This document shows, in pieces, positions 42,810 to 64,000 of a stretch of 64,000 nucleotides of DNA. The notes under the pieces are model-generated. The model worked only from the letters and a program-made list of their open reading frames with translations, was not told the origin of the DNA and ran no database searches. Every line of letters starts with the position of its first letter. The stretch's first letter is position 1. A program made the translations under genes and the position numbers. The DNA is from the human T2T-CHM13v2.0 reference genome, Homo sapiens: assembly GCF_009914755.1 (NCBI RefSeq), contig NC_060927.1; one strand, 5' to 3'.

Positions 42810-43810
42810 CTTTTCTCACAGAGAGAGAGAGGATTTTATTGCCACAAAGACAAAATCATTTTTAGGTAAAATATTCTGTGGGATTCCATTATAGAGCATA
42901 CAAAGGGTTGATTTCAGATTTCAAAATAATTTTTATCTTTTATTTTCTGGTTTAACAATGTAATTTCAATTACAGAGGACACACTCTTCAAGGCTAATGG
43001 CCTTGAATCCAATCATTTTGAGAAAACATCCAAATGGCTTTTTCTTAAAATGTTTTAATATGTGCTTATGATATTTATACCATCCCTCAAAAAAGTGTAG
43101 GCTTCTGAAAAACATAAAAAGTTCTCTTTTTTCTTCTGCTCTAGACATAAATTCACTTAATTCTGAATATTCTGTGAGCTCCATTATTATGTTGAGATCA
43201 GCAATAACAAAAGACAAATTCCTCATTCTTAATTTCCAGAATCTGAAATACAAGTTGAAATCTAACCCCGTGGCAATTTCCTGATAATCTGTGTTTTTGT
43301 ACAACCTTTGTACTCTTTTCTGTCATCTCAGTGGTTAAGGCCTCTGTTTTCTTGGAATACAGTCTGTATCAGCAATTCCACATTCATGGATTCAACCAAC
43401 CACTGAAAATATTTTTTGTATTTTTTATTTTTTTTAAAAATACAAAGTCAAAAATATAGTATAATGACTACTTACATAGCAAATACCTTGTATTAGGTAA
43501 TGTAGGTAATCTAGAGATAATTTAAAGTATAAAGGAGTATGTGAAAATATTAAGCCATTTTATATTAGAGACTTGAACATCCTCCTGTACTTCCGGGGGT
43601 TCTAGAACCAATTCCCCATGGATACCAAGAAGACTGTAATTTCTTACATTGATGTCGGTAAGCATACTTAGAAATGGAAGTTCTGATTCTAAATGTCTAA
43701 GGTTACTTCCTAGATCTTTTGAAGGCTGCCATCCTTCAGAAATTGGTATATTTCTTGAAATTTTTGGACTCTGGAGGTCTCTTCTCAGGGTGTAAGTAGC
43801 TCTGCTATGG
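42810..43810 (-). pseudogene. CENPP: CENPP (centromere protein P) processed pseudogene, partial, interrupted by Tigger3
   Basis: Minus-strand peptides EGWQPSKDLGSNLRHLESELPFLS, KVVQKHRLSGNCHGVRFQLVFQILEI and DLNIIMELTEYSELSEFMSRAEEKRELFMFFRSLHFF match CENP-P as I recall it. They are contiguous without introns and frameshifted. AATAAA (tttatt 42835-42840) and a short purine tail follow. Confidence 0.88.
43360..43636. mobile_element. Tigger3/MER7-type non-autonomous DNA transposon
   Basis: cagtc...gactg termini, TA duplication 43358-43359 / 43637-43638, and internal motifs catggattcaaccaacc and gtaatctagagataatttaaagtat. Confidence 0.8.
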
Positions 43811-44059
43811 GCATCTTCCCAAGCACATCAAGCCAGGGTGCACTCCTATTGAACCAGCTCTTGAGCTTGGTGGGGGAGGTGGGAGAGCAAGAAGGGACTC
43901 CATGACCCAGCATATAGAATTTCACATTCACATAATATTCCAGGGGTATTATGTCCCTGCACACATTGCCATAACTATCTCTAAGCAGTGCCTACACTTG
44001 GAGAGAGTTTGTTCATTTTAAGCAGAAGCCAAAGAGTACCACCTTTTGTATTTTTATTT

Positions 44060-47742
<3,683 letters not shown>

Positions 47743-48378
47743 TTAAATGCGAAGTATCAAATATAGACAAGACATAATAATGAAAATAAAGCTTTCAAAC
47801 AATCATATAAAAGAAAATCTTCATGACTTTAGTACAAGGAAATACGATGCCTTAAATGAGATTCAAAAACACAAACCATACATGAAATTTGACTGCACTC
47901 TGTCTTTTCATTAATAGAAGTTAACCCAATAAGTTAATGACTTCTGTTAACTAAAAGACAGAGTGGTAGACGCTATGATGTTCAGAAATAAAGAATTTAT
48001 TATTCCAGCTTCTGGGAGAGCCACCAGAAGGCATTGCTTAGCTCTCAGTCCCTTTGGGGACTGCCTCTCTTGCCTCCTTCAAAGGGTGGCCTGCATCGCA
48101 TGATCAACAAACATGAAGGTATAAAGTCCCAGCTCCTCATTGCAACTTGGAATTGCTTTGAAGGATAGGGTCAGCTGAAGTTCCTGTTGAGACTACAGTG
48201 CAGCTCTCCCTCTGCTCAGTCCTGCTTTCTTCCCTTCCCCTCCTTTCCCAGGTGTTGATTGCAAAAGTACTTTCAAAGAAACTTCCTGCACACTAGTCTC
48301 CATCTCAGAATCTGCTTCTTTGGATATCCAACCTGTCACAGACAAAAGTAGATAAGCAGGCCTTGGAATGGGAGAAGA

Positions 48379-48385
48379 GTGTGAG

Positions 48386-48420
<35 letters not shown>

Positions 48421-48424
48421 GTGT
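48379..48424. repeat. Imperfect (TG)n microsatellite
   Basis: Read directly from the sequence. Confidence 0.9.
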
Positions 48425-49906
48425 AGAAAACAGGAGGGATTGATTCATAGTTGAGTCATTTGTTCTTGATTATAGCACTCAACCTGCAAATTACATTCAC
48501 CTCTTGGTAACAAAGGGGAAACTTCCTCTTCCCTGAGCCATTTCACTCAGATGGAATTATTCCTGGGTAATCCTTATCTATATATCTGCCAGCAATTGCC
48601 CCTTTCCTTTCCCATAGTAATATGTAAACTCTTTCTTATCAAGAATAACTGGAGAATGATGTCTTTAGTTCAGTTGCATAGCCATATACAATAGAGAACC
48701 TCTGACTTTTCAATGGATTTGATATATTCTGAAATCCAGATCAATATCTCACTTTATTTAACTTGTCTTTGATGATCCCAAAGGCATTTGAGAACATTAT
48801 CTGGCAGTGTCTCAGAGTTACTGATTTTCTCTAGATAGTATTAAAATTTATAGGTTTGTTAAGTCTGTCCTAACCCTGGGTGTTCATTCTGAAAATAATT
48901 TATTTGAATCAGCAGGTTTTGATACATTTTTCTCTATGCCATTCTGTAGTCTCAAAATGAACAAAACAGGAAGATTCCTTTTGCTCATCCATAGTTTCTG
49001 AATTGTCAGTAATAAAAATGTATTACTTTTGTAAGGAAAGTTATAAAATTCTAACAAAAAATTAAAAGTAAAATATAGGGTGTTTAGATCTCAAGTAAGC
49101 AGGAGCTTTAAGACATAGTTCTGTTTGACCCCATGTCTTTAAGTGGTGATGCAGGGTGGCCTGGGTGGATGCTGTGCATGCAGTGGGCATGCATTACAAT
49201 CGAGGAACCTCATGCTTTGGAAACCCAATCTTTTAAAGGAACTGCTAGCAAACTTGTCCTGGAGGGAGACATTATTTTCCTGACAGCAGAGAAATCTATC
49301 CTCACTCCAAAAAGGGACAGTATCTTACAAGATATTTTGCTATACAAAAAGCCAAGAAAAGTTAGTCCAGAACAAAAGCTGTCAATGCCTTCACTCAGAA
49401 GATGGGTAGAAACATTAGAGACTCATTGAGACTTGATTCCCAGGAGGCATACATGTCTAAACTAAATAAAGACCTTCTACATACTAATATGAAAAAGACA
49501 GATAATCAGTAGAAGGATGGGCAGGGAATATCAGCAGACAATTTTTGAAAGAGGAAGTCTAAATGGTCAAAAAGTGAAAGAATACATGCTCAACTTCACT
49601 AATAACTAGGGAAATACACATTAAAGCCATGATAAAATATCACTATAAACCCATCAGAATGGCTAAAACTTAAAAACTAACAATATTAAGTGTTGGAAAG
49701 GATATGGAAGAAGGGAACACTTATACACTGCTGGTGAGACTAAGTGATCCAATCACTTTAGAAAACTGTTTGGCATTATTTACAACACTTGAAGATACAC
49801 ATATCCTATGACCTACCAATTCCAATCTTAGGTATAAATCCAATAAAAATGCATGCATATGTGCACCAAGAATGCTTATAGGGACATGATTCATAACAGC
49901 TCTTTT

Positions 49907-50385
49907 ATGGGTTGAATTGTACCCCGCCAAAAAAGAAAATATGATGAAATCTTATTCCCTGGTATTTCAGAATGTGATCTTATTTGGAAATGGGATGTTT
50001 GCAAATCTAACCAAGTTAAGATGAGGCCATTAGGGTAGACCCCAGTCCAATATGACTAGTGTCCTTATAAAAAGTGAAAATGTGTACACAGGCACACACA
50101 GAGGGAAGATGATGTAAAGCCACACAGGCAGAATACATGTAACAAGGATGGCAGAGATTTGAGTTATGCAGCTGGCAGCCAAGGAACACCAAGCATTGCC
50201 AGCAAACCACCAGAAGCTAGGAAGAGTCAAGGAAAGATTCCCCTACAGGCTTCAGAGAGAATGTGGTCCTGCTAATACCTTGACTTCAGACTTCCAGCCT
50301 CTAGAACTTTGAAACAATACATTTCTATTGTTCTAAGTCACCTGATATGTGGTACTTTGTTACAGCATCCATAGAAAACTAATGT
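49907..50385 (+). mobile_element. MLT1B/C solo LTR inside old L1M 3' sequence
   Basis: atgggttgaattgtaccc...gtactttgttacagcatccatagaaaactaat. Confidence 0.7.
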
Positions 50386-50509
50386 AAGCCCCAAAATGGA
50401 AATAATATCTATCAATATCACATCAATAGTAGGAAGGCTAACTTCAATCAGAAATAACAATTTCTGAAATAACAATAGATAGAAATAGCTATTTAAAAAT
50501 CACAGTTAT

Positions 50510-50910
50510 GGCCTGGGAATGGTGGCTTATGCCCATAATCCTAGCACTTTGGGAGGCCAAAGCAGGAGGATAACTTGAGGCCAGGAATTTGAGACCAGCT
50601 TGGGCAATATAATGACACCCTGTCTCTAGAAAATAAAAAATAGGCTGGTTGCAGTGGCTCACACCTGTAATCCCAGCACTTTGGGAGGCCAAGGCAGTCA
50701 GATCACTTGAGGTCAGGAGTTTGAGACCAGCCTGGCCAACATGGCAAAACCCCATCTCTACTAAAAATACAAAAATTAGCCAGGTATGGTGGAGCATGCA
50801 CCTGCAATCCCAGCTACTCAGGAGGCTGATGTAGGAGGATTGCTTGAACCTAGGAGGTGGAGGCTGCAGTGAGCTGAATGAATAAAGAAATAATAAAATA
50901 AAAAATAAAA
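50510..50910 (+). mobile_element. Alu left monomer followed by a near-full Alu
   Basis: Two consecutive Alu 5' ends at about 50510 and 50643. Confidence 0.85.
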
Positions 50911-51835
50911 AATTGCACCTACACAAAAAATCATGAATGCATCTGACAAATAAGATGTTTACCATAAGAAGCCAGACACAAAAAGAAACATATTATATGA
51001 TTTCATTTATATGAAGTTTAAAAGGTGGGCAACTAAACTATAATGTTTAAAAATGCATGCTTATGTGGTGATGAACTATAAACAAAAGCAAGGACAGGAT
51101 CACTGCAGAAGTCAGGATACTGGGTATTTGGGTGGGAGTAGGTGGGGCAGGGAAAGAATGAGGTAGTAGCTGAATCAGGGAACTGGAAGCTTCTGGGATA
51201 CTGGCAATATTTTGTTGATTGATCTGAGTAGTGGTTACACAGGTGTTAACTGAGCAATATACTGTTATTTTGTGTGCTTTTCTGAATGTGTGCATATTTC
51301 ACAATTTTAAAAGTTTTATACAACTGTTGTTTAAGTCACTTATAAGAAAAGCTCATAAAAAAGAAGGTTATTTTGTAATTTTCATTCAACAGCATCCTTA
51401 CTGAGTCAATGGCTTAAAGTCATTCCATGAAAACTAATGCCCAAGCATGTTTTTAGATGTTGCACTCTTGAACTTGATGCCATTAGATATGGCATAAAGA
51501 AGTGATTTCTTTGGCTAGAGAACTGTAATTTGCAAAACATTATAAGAAAGAGATTGACTTCTTTCATGACACCATAAGGAGCTTTGCTGACCTGCTTCCC
51601 AATGAAACTGGTGAAAATGACCAAAAAAAAGTAGTCATTTAAAGTCTCTGGAAATGGTTCCAACAACAAAGAACAAATGAAGAAACATCTATTCAAGAAA
51701 ACCTGTAAAAATTTGATAAAAGAAAGCAAAAGTCTATGGTAGTTAAGACCCCACCACCCCAGCTCAATATGGTGGAGACTCCACTCTAGACTGCTACACC
51801 TAAAAAAGCACAGGTCTCCTTCTCCCCACAGCTTC

Positions 51836-52742
51836 TGAAACTGCCTTTGCAAAATTATGACTGAGATAGTGAAAGAGATCTAACCTAACTGACTTCACCT
51901 TGCTTTTAACCTTTAAGCTGTCCTTGTTCCTTCCTGGACGTGGGCTGAACTAACTTTGGGAGGAAGTTAGTTTATAGTTTATAGTTTAAAACAAAGATGA
52001 TAACAGTCCTTTCCCAAAACAAATCTCCTTCTTGCCTGGGGACTAGACTGCCTTTGTAGGACTAACAAATTAGCCACAAGATTAGAAATTATGGTTTAGG
52101 AGTCATGCAGCTGGAGTCTGGAAGATGAGGCTGTAAAACCTAGATAATCAACTCCTGCACAGAGGGAGTGCTTTCTGGGTAATCGCCAAACTTCACATAC
52201 ATATGATGAGTCCCAGTAAAAAGAGTGGGTCTTAATGAGCACTTTCCTTTCCCTTTTTTGGGGTCAAACTAAGATAAGAAAGCTGGAAGCTTGCATGGGG
52301 GTGGGGGGATGCCTGCAGCTGCAAAGAGGTACCTAGGACCAGGCATGGAAATTCCCCTCCTCTTTTTAACTCATGCAGAGTGGGAAGGAGATACCCAGCA
52401 TAGGAGGAGCCCAAGCTAAGAACCCACCTGCATGACAAAAGAGTGGGATGGGGGCTGCCAGAGATTCTGCTCTATGCAGATGGCACACCTGATCCCAACC
52501 AGTTTTTTGTGCTCTACATAGATAAGATACCCCCTCCCCACTAGCTCATTTATGAAACACCTTATGTTTTACTGCAGTATGGCAACCCATATGTGACTCC
52601 TCTCTGTAGCAGAGAGCTGTTCTTTTCCTTTCACCTATTAAATTTCTGCTCTAACCTCACCCTGCGTGTGTCTGTGTTCTTGATCTCCATGGCCATGAGA
52701 CAAAGAATCTCGGGTGTTATCTCAGACAACGAGGCTGCTTCA
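51836..52742 (+). mobile_element. Composite ERV1 LTR: LTR8 5' part (to about 52125) joined to the 3' part of a different (LTR9-like) LTR
   Basis: tgaaactgcctttgcaaaattatgac start is the reverse complement of the LTR8 end at about 27380-27406; ends cagacaacgaggctgcttca. Confidence 0.6.
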
Positions 52743-53287
52743 GAAAGAGCTAGGGGAAAAGGCAGCTGACAGGAGCTTGTCCAGGAGCAGAATAAATATC
52801 AAACACTGACTTCAGAAACTATTCTTTCAAAGGAAATACAATTTCTTTGGTTTAGATTATAAAGCTATTTTTGCCCCAGGACATTGTTGAAAACAGTGGA
52901 GCAATCAGCAGGCAATTAGTGAAGATTTAACATCTAGGTGTGGTCAGAGAAAGAGAAGTGGCCTTTACCAATATCACTGTCATCCCAGGATAACTGTAGG
53001 CATACCCAAAACTGTCTTTCTGAGGAGCAATGTCAGAGGCTTCATTAGCACTGTGGGGGTTGGGGGAGAGTGTTTAAACTTTACTAGAATAATCCAGCCA
53101 GCCAATAAACTGATAAATAAACAAATAGCAATAGCAAGCTCTGGGGGTGGAGAAACTGGTACCCAGAATTGATATTACACATAATCTGAAAGGTCAAATT
53201 CCCAACAAAAAATAACAAGGTATACAAAGAAACAGTAAGGTATGATCATATACCAGATTAAAAAAAAAAAAAAAAAAAAAAACAGGC

Positions 53288-59278
<5,991 letters not shown>

Positions 59279-59686
59279 TCAGAAGTGTGGGGAGAAAAGG
59301 GAGCTGACAGAATTCAGAACCCCTAAAAATCTTAATTCAGTCCTGGATCCTCTCTTATATTCCCTCGAGATCACATCAGATGCTGGTGTGTGGGAGTTGT
59401 TGTCTCACTGGCTCCAGAATATGCAGACCTCTTGTCTTCACTAGCTCCTTCTCCCCCTCCACAGAGGGCATTCTCATTGTAGATAGGAAAAATCATTCCT
59501 ACTGTCCATTTCTTTGAGATTCTTCCTGTGTAAGTTTGCAGTTGTATAAAACAAAACTCAGAAAGATTTGTAGGGTCTTTCTATTTTTCTGCTCTGCAAC
59601 ATTCTCATGGTACAGCATAGAAAGATAAAGGGTGAATTTCACTGTGTGTAAATTATAACTTAATTTTAAAATGCAACCCTTTTTAC

Positions 59687-60017
<331 letters not shown>

Positions 60018-60162
60018 CTACAGAGCCAGCCCTGTACACCATTCCTCCTCACATTATCCCACTCCTCTCATTACTTGCATTACTTGTGACATTTCAGCCA
60101 CTGTGGCTTTTCTTTAACCCTGAGAGATCTCCATTATTTATTCAAATAGTTTTTCCTTTCCA

Positions 60163-60193
<31 letters not shown>

Positions 60194-60234
60194 TCCCTTG
60201 AACTTTAGTTATCTAGGTGTTAGCACTTTTACTC

Positions 60235-60790
60235 TCTCAACCTAAATAATAAACAGAGAGGCTCTCTCAAAGAAGATATTTATTCAGGAACAGAGCATTG
60301 CAATAGAAATACATGTGCCATAGTAAACTATGGGCATGTGCATATTCAGGGAGGTAAAGAAAGACAAAAGTTTTTAAAGGAAACATGAGGAGGATTGTAT
60401 AATTGTTTTGAGATAATTATCCTTGGCTACAATAATCAATAACAAGGTGATGCTAGTTTGAGGTTAAACTGGCAGTTGCTGGGCAGATATACTCAAAGAC
60501 GTATTTTTTTGTGTAAAGATGTGATGGCTTTGGTGCAAGTTTGTTGTTTCTGCAGAATCTTTTGTGATAGTTCTTTTTATCAGACATTTATGCATGAGAG
60601 CCCTCCCTTCATAGACTTCCCTGGCTCTATTTGTCAGGGTTTTCATTTTTTTCTAACACAAGTGACTGCATTTTGATTCTGACAACTTTCACATTTCCCT
60701 CTTTTGATCAAGATCTTTCTTCAAAACCATCATTGATCAATCAACCTGTAGTTAGGTTTTGATTGCCCCTTGATCCTGGAATGGACCTGT
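60235..60790 (-). mobile_element. MER4-group ERV1 LTR (about 60235-60693) with adjoining polypurine tract and internal fragment
   Basis: The minus strand reads ...gatcaaaagagggaaa|tgtgaaagttgtcagaatcaaaatg. Confidence 0.55.
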
Positions 60791-60894
60791 CTTGGTTTGG
60801 ACTGGTCTAGTGCAGTGAGCAAAGATTGCACCACTGCACTCCAGCCTGGGTGACAGAGTGAGACTCTGTCTCAAAAAAGTAAAATAAATTTAAA

Positions 60895-63286
60895 AAATAG
60901 CAAACAAAATTCAACAATACCCTAAAAAGATCATTCACCAGGATCAAGTGGTATTTATTCCAGGGATGCCAGAATGTTTCAATGTATGTAAATAAATAAA
61001 TGTGATACACCAAATTTACAGAACGAAGAACAAAAACCATATGATCATTTCAATAGATGCTGAAAAAGCATTTGCTAGAATTCAACATCCCTTTATGATA
61101 AAAATCCTCAACAAACTGGGTATAGAAGGAACATACCTGAAAGTAAAGAAGACCATTTATGACAAGCCCACAGCCAACATTGAACTGAACATGAAAAAAT
61201 TGAAAGCCTTTCCTTTAAAATCTGCAAAAGGACAAGGATGCCCACTTTCACCACTTTTATTCAACATAATACTTGAAGTCCTGGCCAGAGCAATCAGGAA
61301 AGAGAGAGAAATAAAAGGCATCCAAATTGGAAAGGAAGATGTCAAATTAGCCTTGTACTCAGACGGCATGATCTTATATTTAGAAAAACATAAAGACCCC
61401 AAAACTTGTTAGAACTAATACATGCATTCAGTAAAGTTGCAAGATACAAAATCATAATATGCATATGAGGTGGGGTCCTGAAGTCCCCTACAATTACTGT
61501 ATTGCAGCCTATCTCTCCCTTTAGATCTATTAATATTTGCTTTATATACATAGGTGCTCCAGTTTTGGTTGCATAGATATTTATAATTGTTTTATTCTCT
61601 TGCTGAATTTACCTCACTATCATTATAGCATTTATATATGGCAACGGCAAACAATCTGAAAAAAATCAAGAAAGCAATCCCATTTATAATAGCTATAAAG
61701 AATAAAATATACTTATAAATCAGTTTAACCAAAAAAGTGAAAGAAAATTTTTTGCTCAGGATTGCTTTGGTGATTTGGCATCTTTTGTGGTTCCATACAA
61801 ATTTTAGCATTGTTTTTTCTATTTCTGTGAAGAATATCACTGGTAATTTGATAGGGATAGCATTGAATGTGTGAATTTTCTTCTATATAAAATAATTATA
61901 AAATGCTGATGAAAGAAATTGAAGACAGAAAAAATGAAATGATATTCCATGCTCATGAATTGGAGGAAGAATTATTGTTGTTAAAATGACAATACTACCC
62001 CAAATGATTTACAGATTCAATGCTACCCATATCAAAATACCAGTGATTTTCTTCACAGAAATAGAAAAAACAATGCTAAAATTTGTGTGGAACTACAGAA
62101 GATGCCAAATAGCCAAAGCAATCCTGAGCAAACAGAACAAAGCTGGAGGCATCACACTATCTGACTTTAAAATGCACTACAACACTATATCAGCAAGGTA
62201 CTGGCATAAAAACAGATGCATAGGCCAATGGAAAAGAATGGACAACCCAGATATAAATCCACACACTTACAGCCAACTCATTTTTGACAAAGGCACCAAG
62301 AACATACAATGGGAAAATGACAGTCTCTTCAATAGATGGTGCTGGGAAAACTGAATGTGCAGAAGAATGAAACTAGATACCTGTCTCTCACCATACACTG
62401 AAATCAACTCCAGATGGATTAAAGACTTAAATGTAAGGCCTGAAATTATAAACCCATTAGAGAGAAACATAAGAGAAACACTTGAGGACATTTGTGTAGG
62501 CAGAGATTTTATAGCTAAGACCTCAAAAGCACCACCAACAAAAACAAAAACAGATAAATGGAACTATATTAAACTAAAAAGTTTCTGCACAGCAAAGGAA
62601 ACAATCAATAAACTGAAGGGACAACCCACAGAATGGGAGAAAATATATGTGAACTATGCCTCAGACAAGGAATTAATAACCAGAATATATAACGAGCTCA
62701 AACAACTTAATAGGAAAAAAGCAAATAATTACATTTTAAAATGGGCGATACTCCTAGCACTTTGGGATTCTGAAGCAGAGGGATCATGTGTTCCCAGGAT
62801 TTCAAGGTTATGGTGAACTATGATCATGCCACTGCTCTCAAGCCTGGGCAACAGAATGAGACCCCATCTCTCAAAAAAAGGGGAGGAAGGCAAAAGATCT
62901 GAATGGACATTTCTCAAAAGAAGACATACAAATGGCCAAGAGGTATATTTTAAAAATGCCGAGCATCACTAATCATGAGAGATATGCAAATCAAAACTAC
63001 AATGAGGCTGGTTCCAGTGGCTCACACCTGTAATCCCAGCAGTTTAGGAGGCTGAGGCAGGCAGATCACTTGAGATTATGAGTTCAAGACCAGCCTGGCC
63101 AACATGGCGAAAGCCGGTCTCTACTAAAAATACAAAAATTACCCAGGCATGGTGGCATGCACCTGTAATCCCAGCTACTAGGGAGGCTGAGGCTGGAGAA
63201 TCACTTGAATCCAGGAGGCAGAAGTTGCAGTGAGTTGAGATCACAGCACTGTTCTCCAGCCTCAGCAGTAGAGCAAGACTCTGCCT

Positions 63287-63343
<57 letters not shown>

Positions 63344-63400
63344 ACAGTGAGATACCATCTCACCACAGTTAAAACGGCTTTCTTTTTTATCAAAAAGAAA
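60895..63400 (+). mobile_element. L1 ORF2 3' half (L1PB/L1MA-type) with two internal minus-strand L1 inserts and Alus (about 62753-62880, 63006-63340)
   Basis: ORFs 61002-61412, 61986-62354 and 62355-62816 are ORF2. Minus-strand segments lie at about 61465-61627 and 61751-61875. Confidence 0.85.
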
Positions 63401-63404
63401 GGAG

Positions 63405-64000
63405 CTTTTTCACACTGGTTTTGCCACCAGAACACAGGTGTTGTGAAAACTACCCCTAAAAGCAACAATGGGAATGGAAAAGACTCATATCAACATTGTT
63501 GTCATTGGACATGTAGATTTGGGCAAGTCCACCACTACTGGTCATCTGATCTACAAATGCGGTGGCATCGACAAAAGAACCACTGAAAAATTTGAGATGG
63601 AGCCTGTTGAGATGGAAAAGGCTCCTTCAAGTATGCCTGGGTCTTGGATAAGCTGAAAGCTGAGCGTGAACATGGTATCACCATTGATATCTCCTTGTGG
63701 AAATTTGATACCAGCAAATACTACGTGACTATCATTGATGCCCCAGGACACAGAGACTTCATCAAAAACATGATTACAGGGATGTCTCAGGCTGATTGTG
63801 CTGTCCTGATTGTTGCTGCTGGTGTTGCTGAATTTGAAGCTGGTATCTCCAAGAATGGGCAGACCCAAGAGCATGCCCTCCTGTCTTACACACTGGGTGT
63901 GAAACAACTAATTGTTGGTGTTAACAAAATGGATTCCACTGAGCCACTCTACAGCCAGAAGAGATATGAGGAGATCATTAAGGAAGTCAGCACTTACATT
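63405..64000 (+). pseudogene. EEF1A1P24: EEF1A1 processed pseudogene (probably EEF1A1P24), continues beyond the window
   Basis: 5' TOP-like ctttttc, ATG 63468, [32 protein letters not shown], a frameshift near 63617, then [15 protein letters not shown] and NKMD in another frame. No introns. Inserted in an L1. The P-number is from memory. Confidence 0.93.

Noticed and set aside
63288-63340. Very long pure A tail as a sign of a recent Alu insertion
   Set aside because: The Alu body is diverged and CpG-decayed; tail expansion by slippage is the simpler explanation.

Overview
Primate (almost certainly human) genomic DNA, repeat-dense, recognisable as the CCR8 locus (from memory 3p22, next to CX3CR1). 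The only intact protein-coding gene is CCR8 (+): a non-coding exon 1 at about 34603-34726, and a single coding exon with CDS 37229-38296 (355 aa). Three processed pseudogenes are present: HNRNPA1 (+), CENPP (-) and EEF1A1 (+, running off the right end). The rest is nested L1s, about 30 Alus, LTR8/MER4/MLT/MST solo LTRs, Tigger DNA transposons and a 5'-deleted ERV3/HERV-E/HERV15-type provirus. I see no new multi-gene system. The most interesting observations are: (1) a CENPP retrocopy that appears to preserve an alternative last exon joined exactly at the exon-5 boundary; (2) a CCR8 3' region built from a Tigger4 transposase fossil that contains a roughly 300-bp inverted duplication; (3) two independent retro-insertions into the same Alu linker position, both in Alus carrying a TACT>TATT variant that creates a TT/AAAA site; (4) a 46-bp non-repeat duplication and kappaB/STAT motif clusters upstream of CCR8; (5) an L1 with self-templated inverted inserts. 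Repeat subfamily names and parent-gene comparisons come from recalled sequences, not from searches, and repeat boundaries are approximate unless a TSD is quoted.
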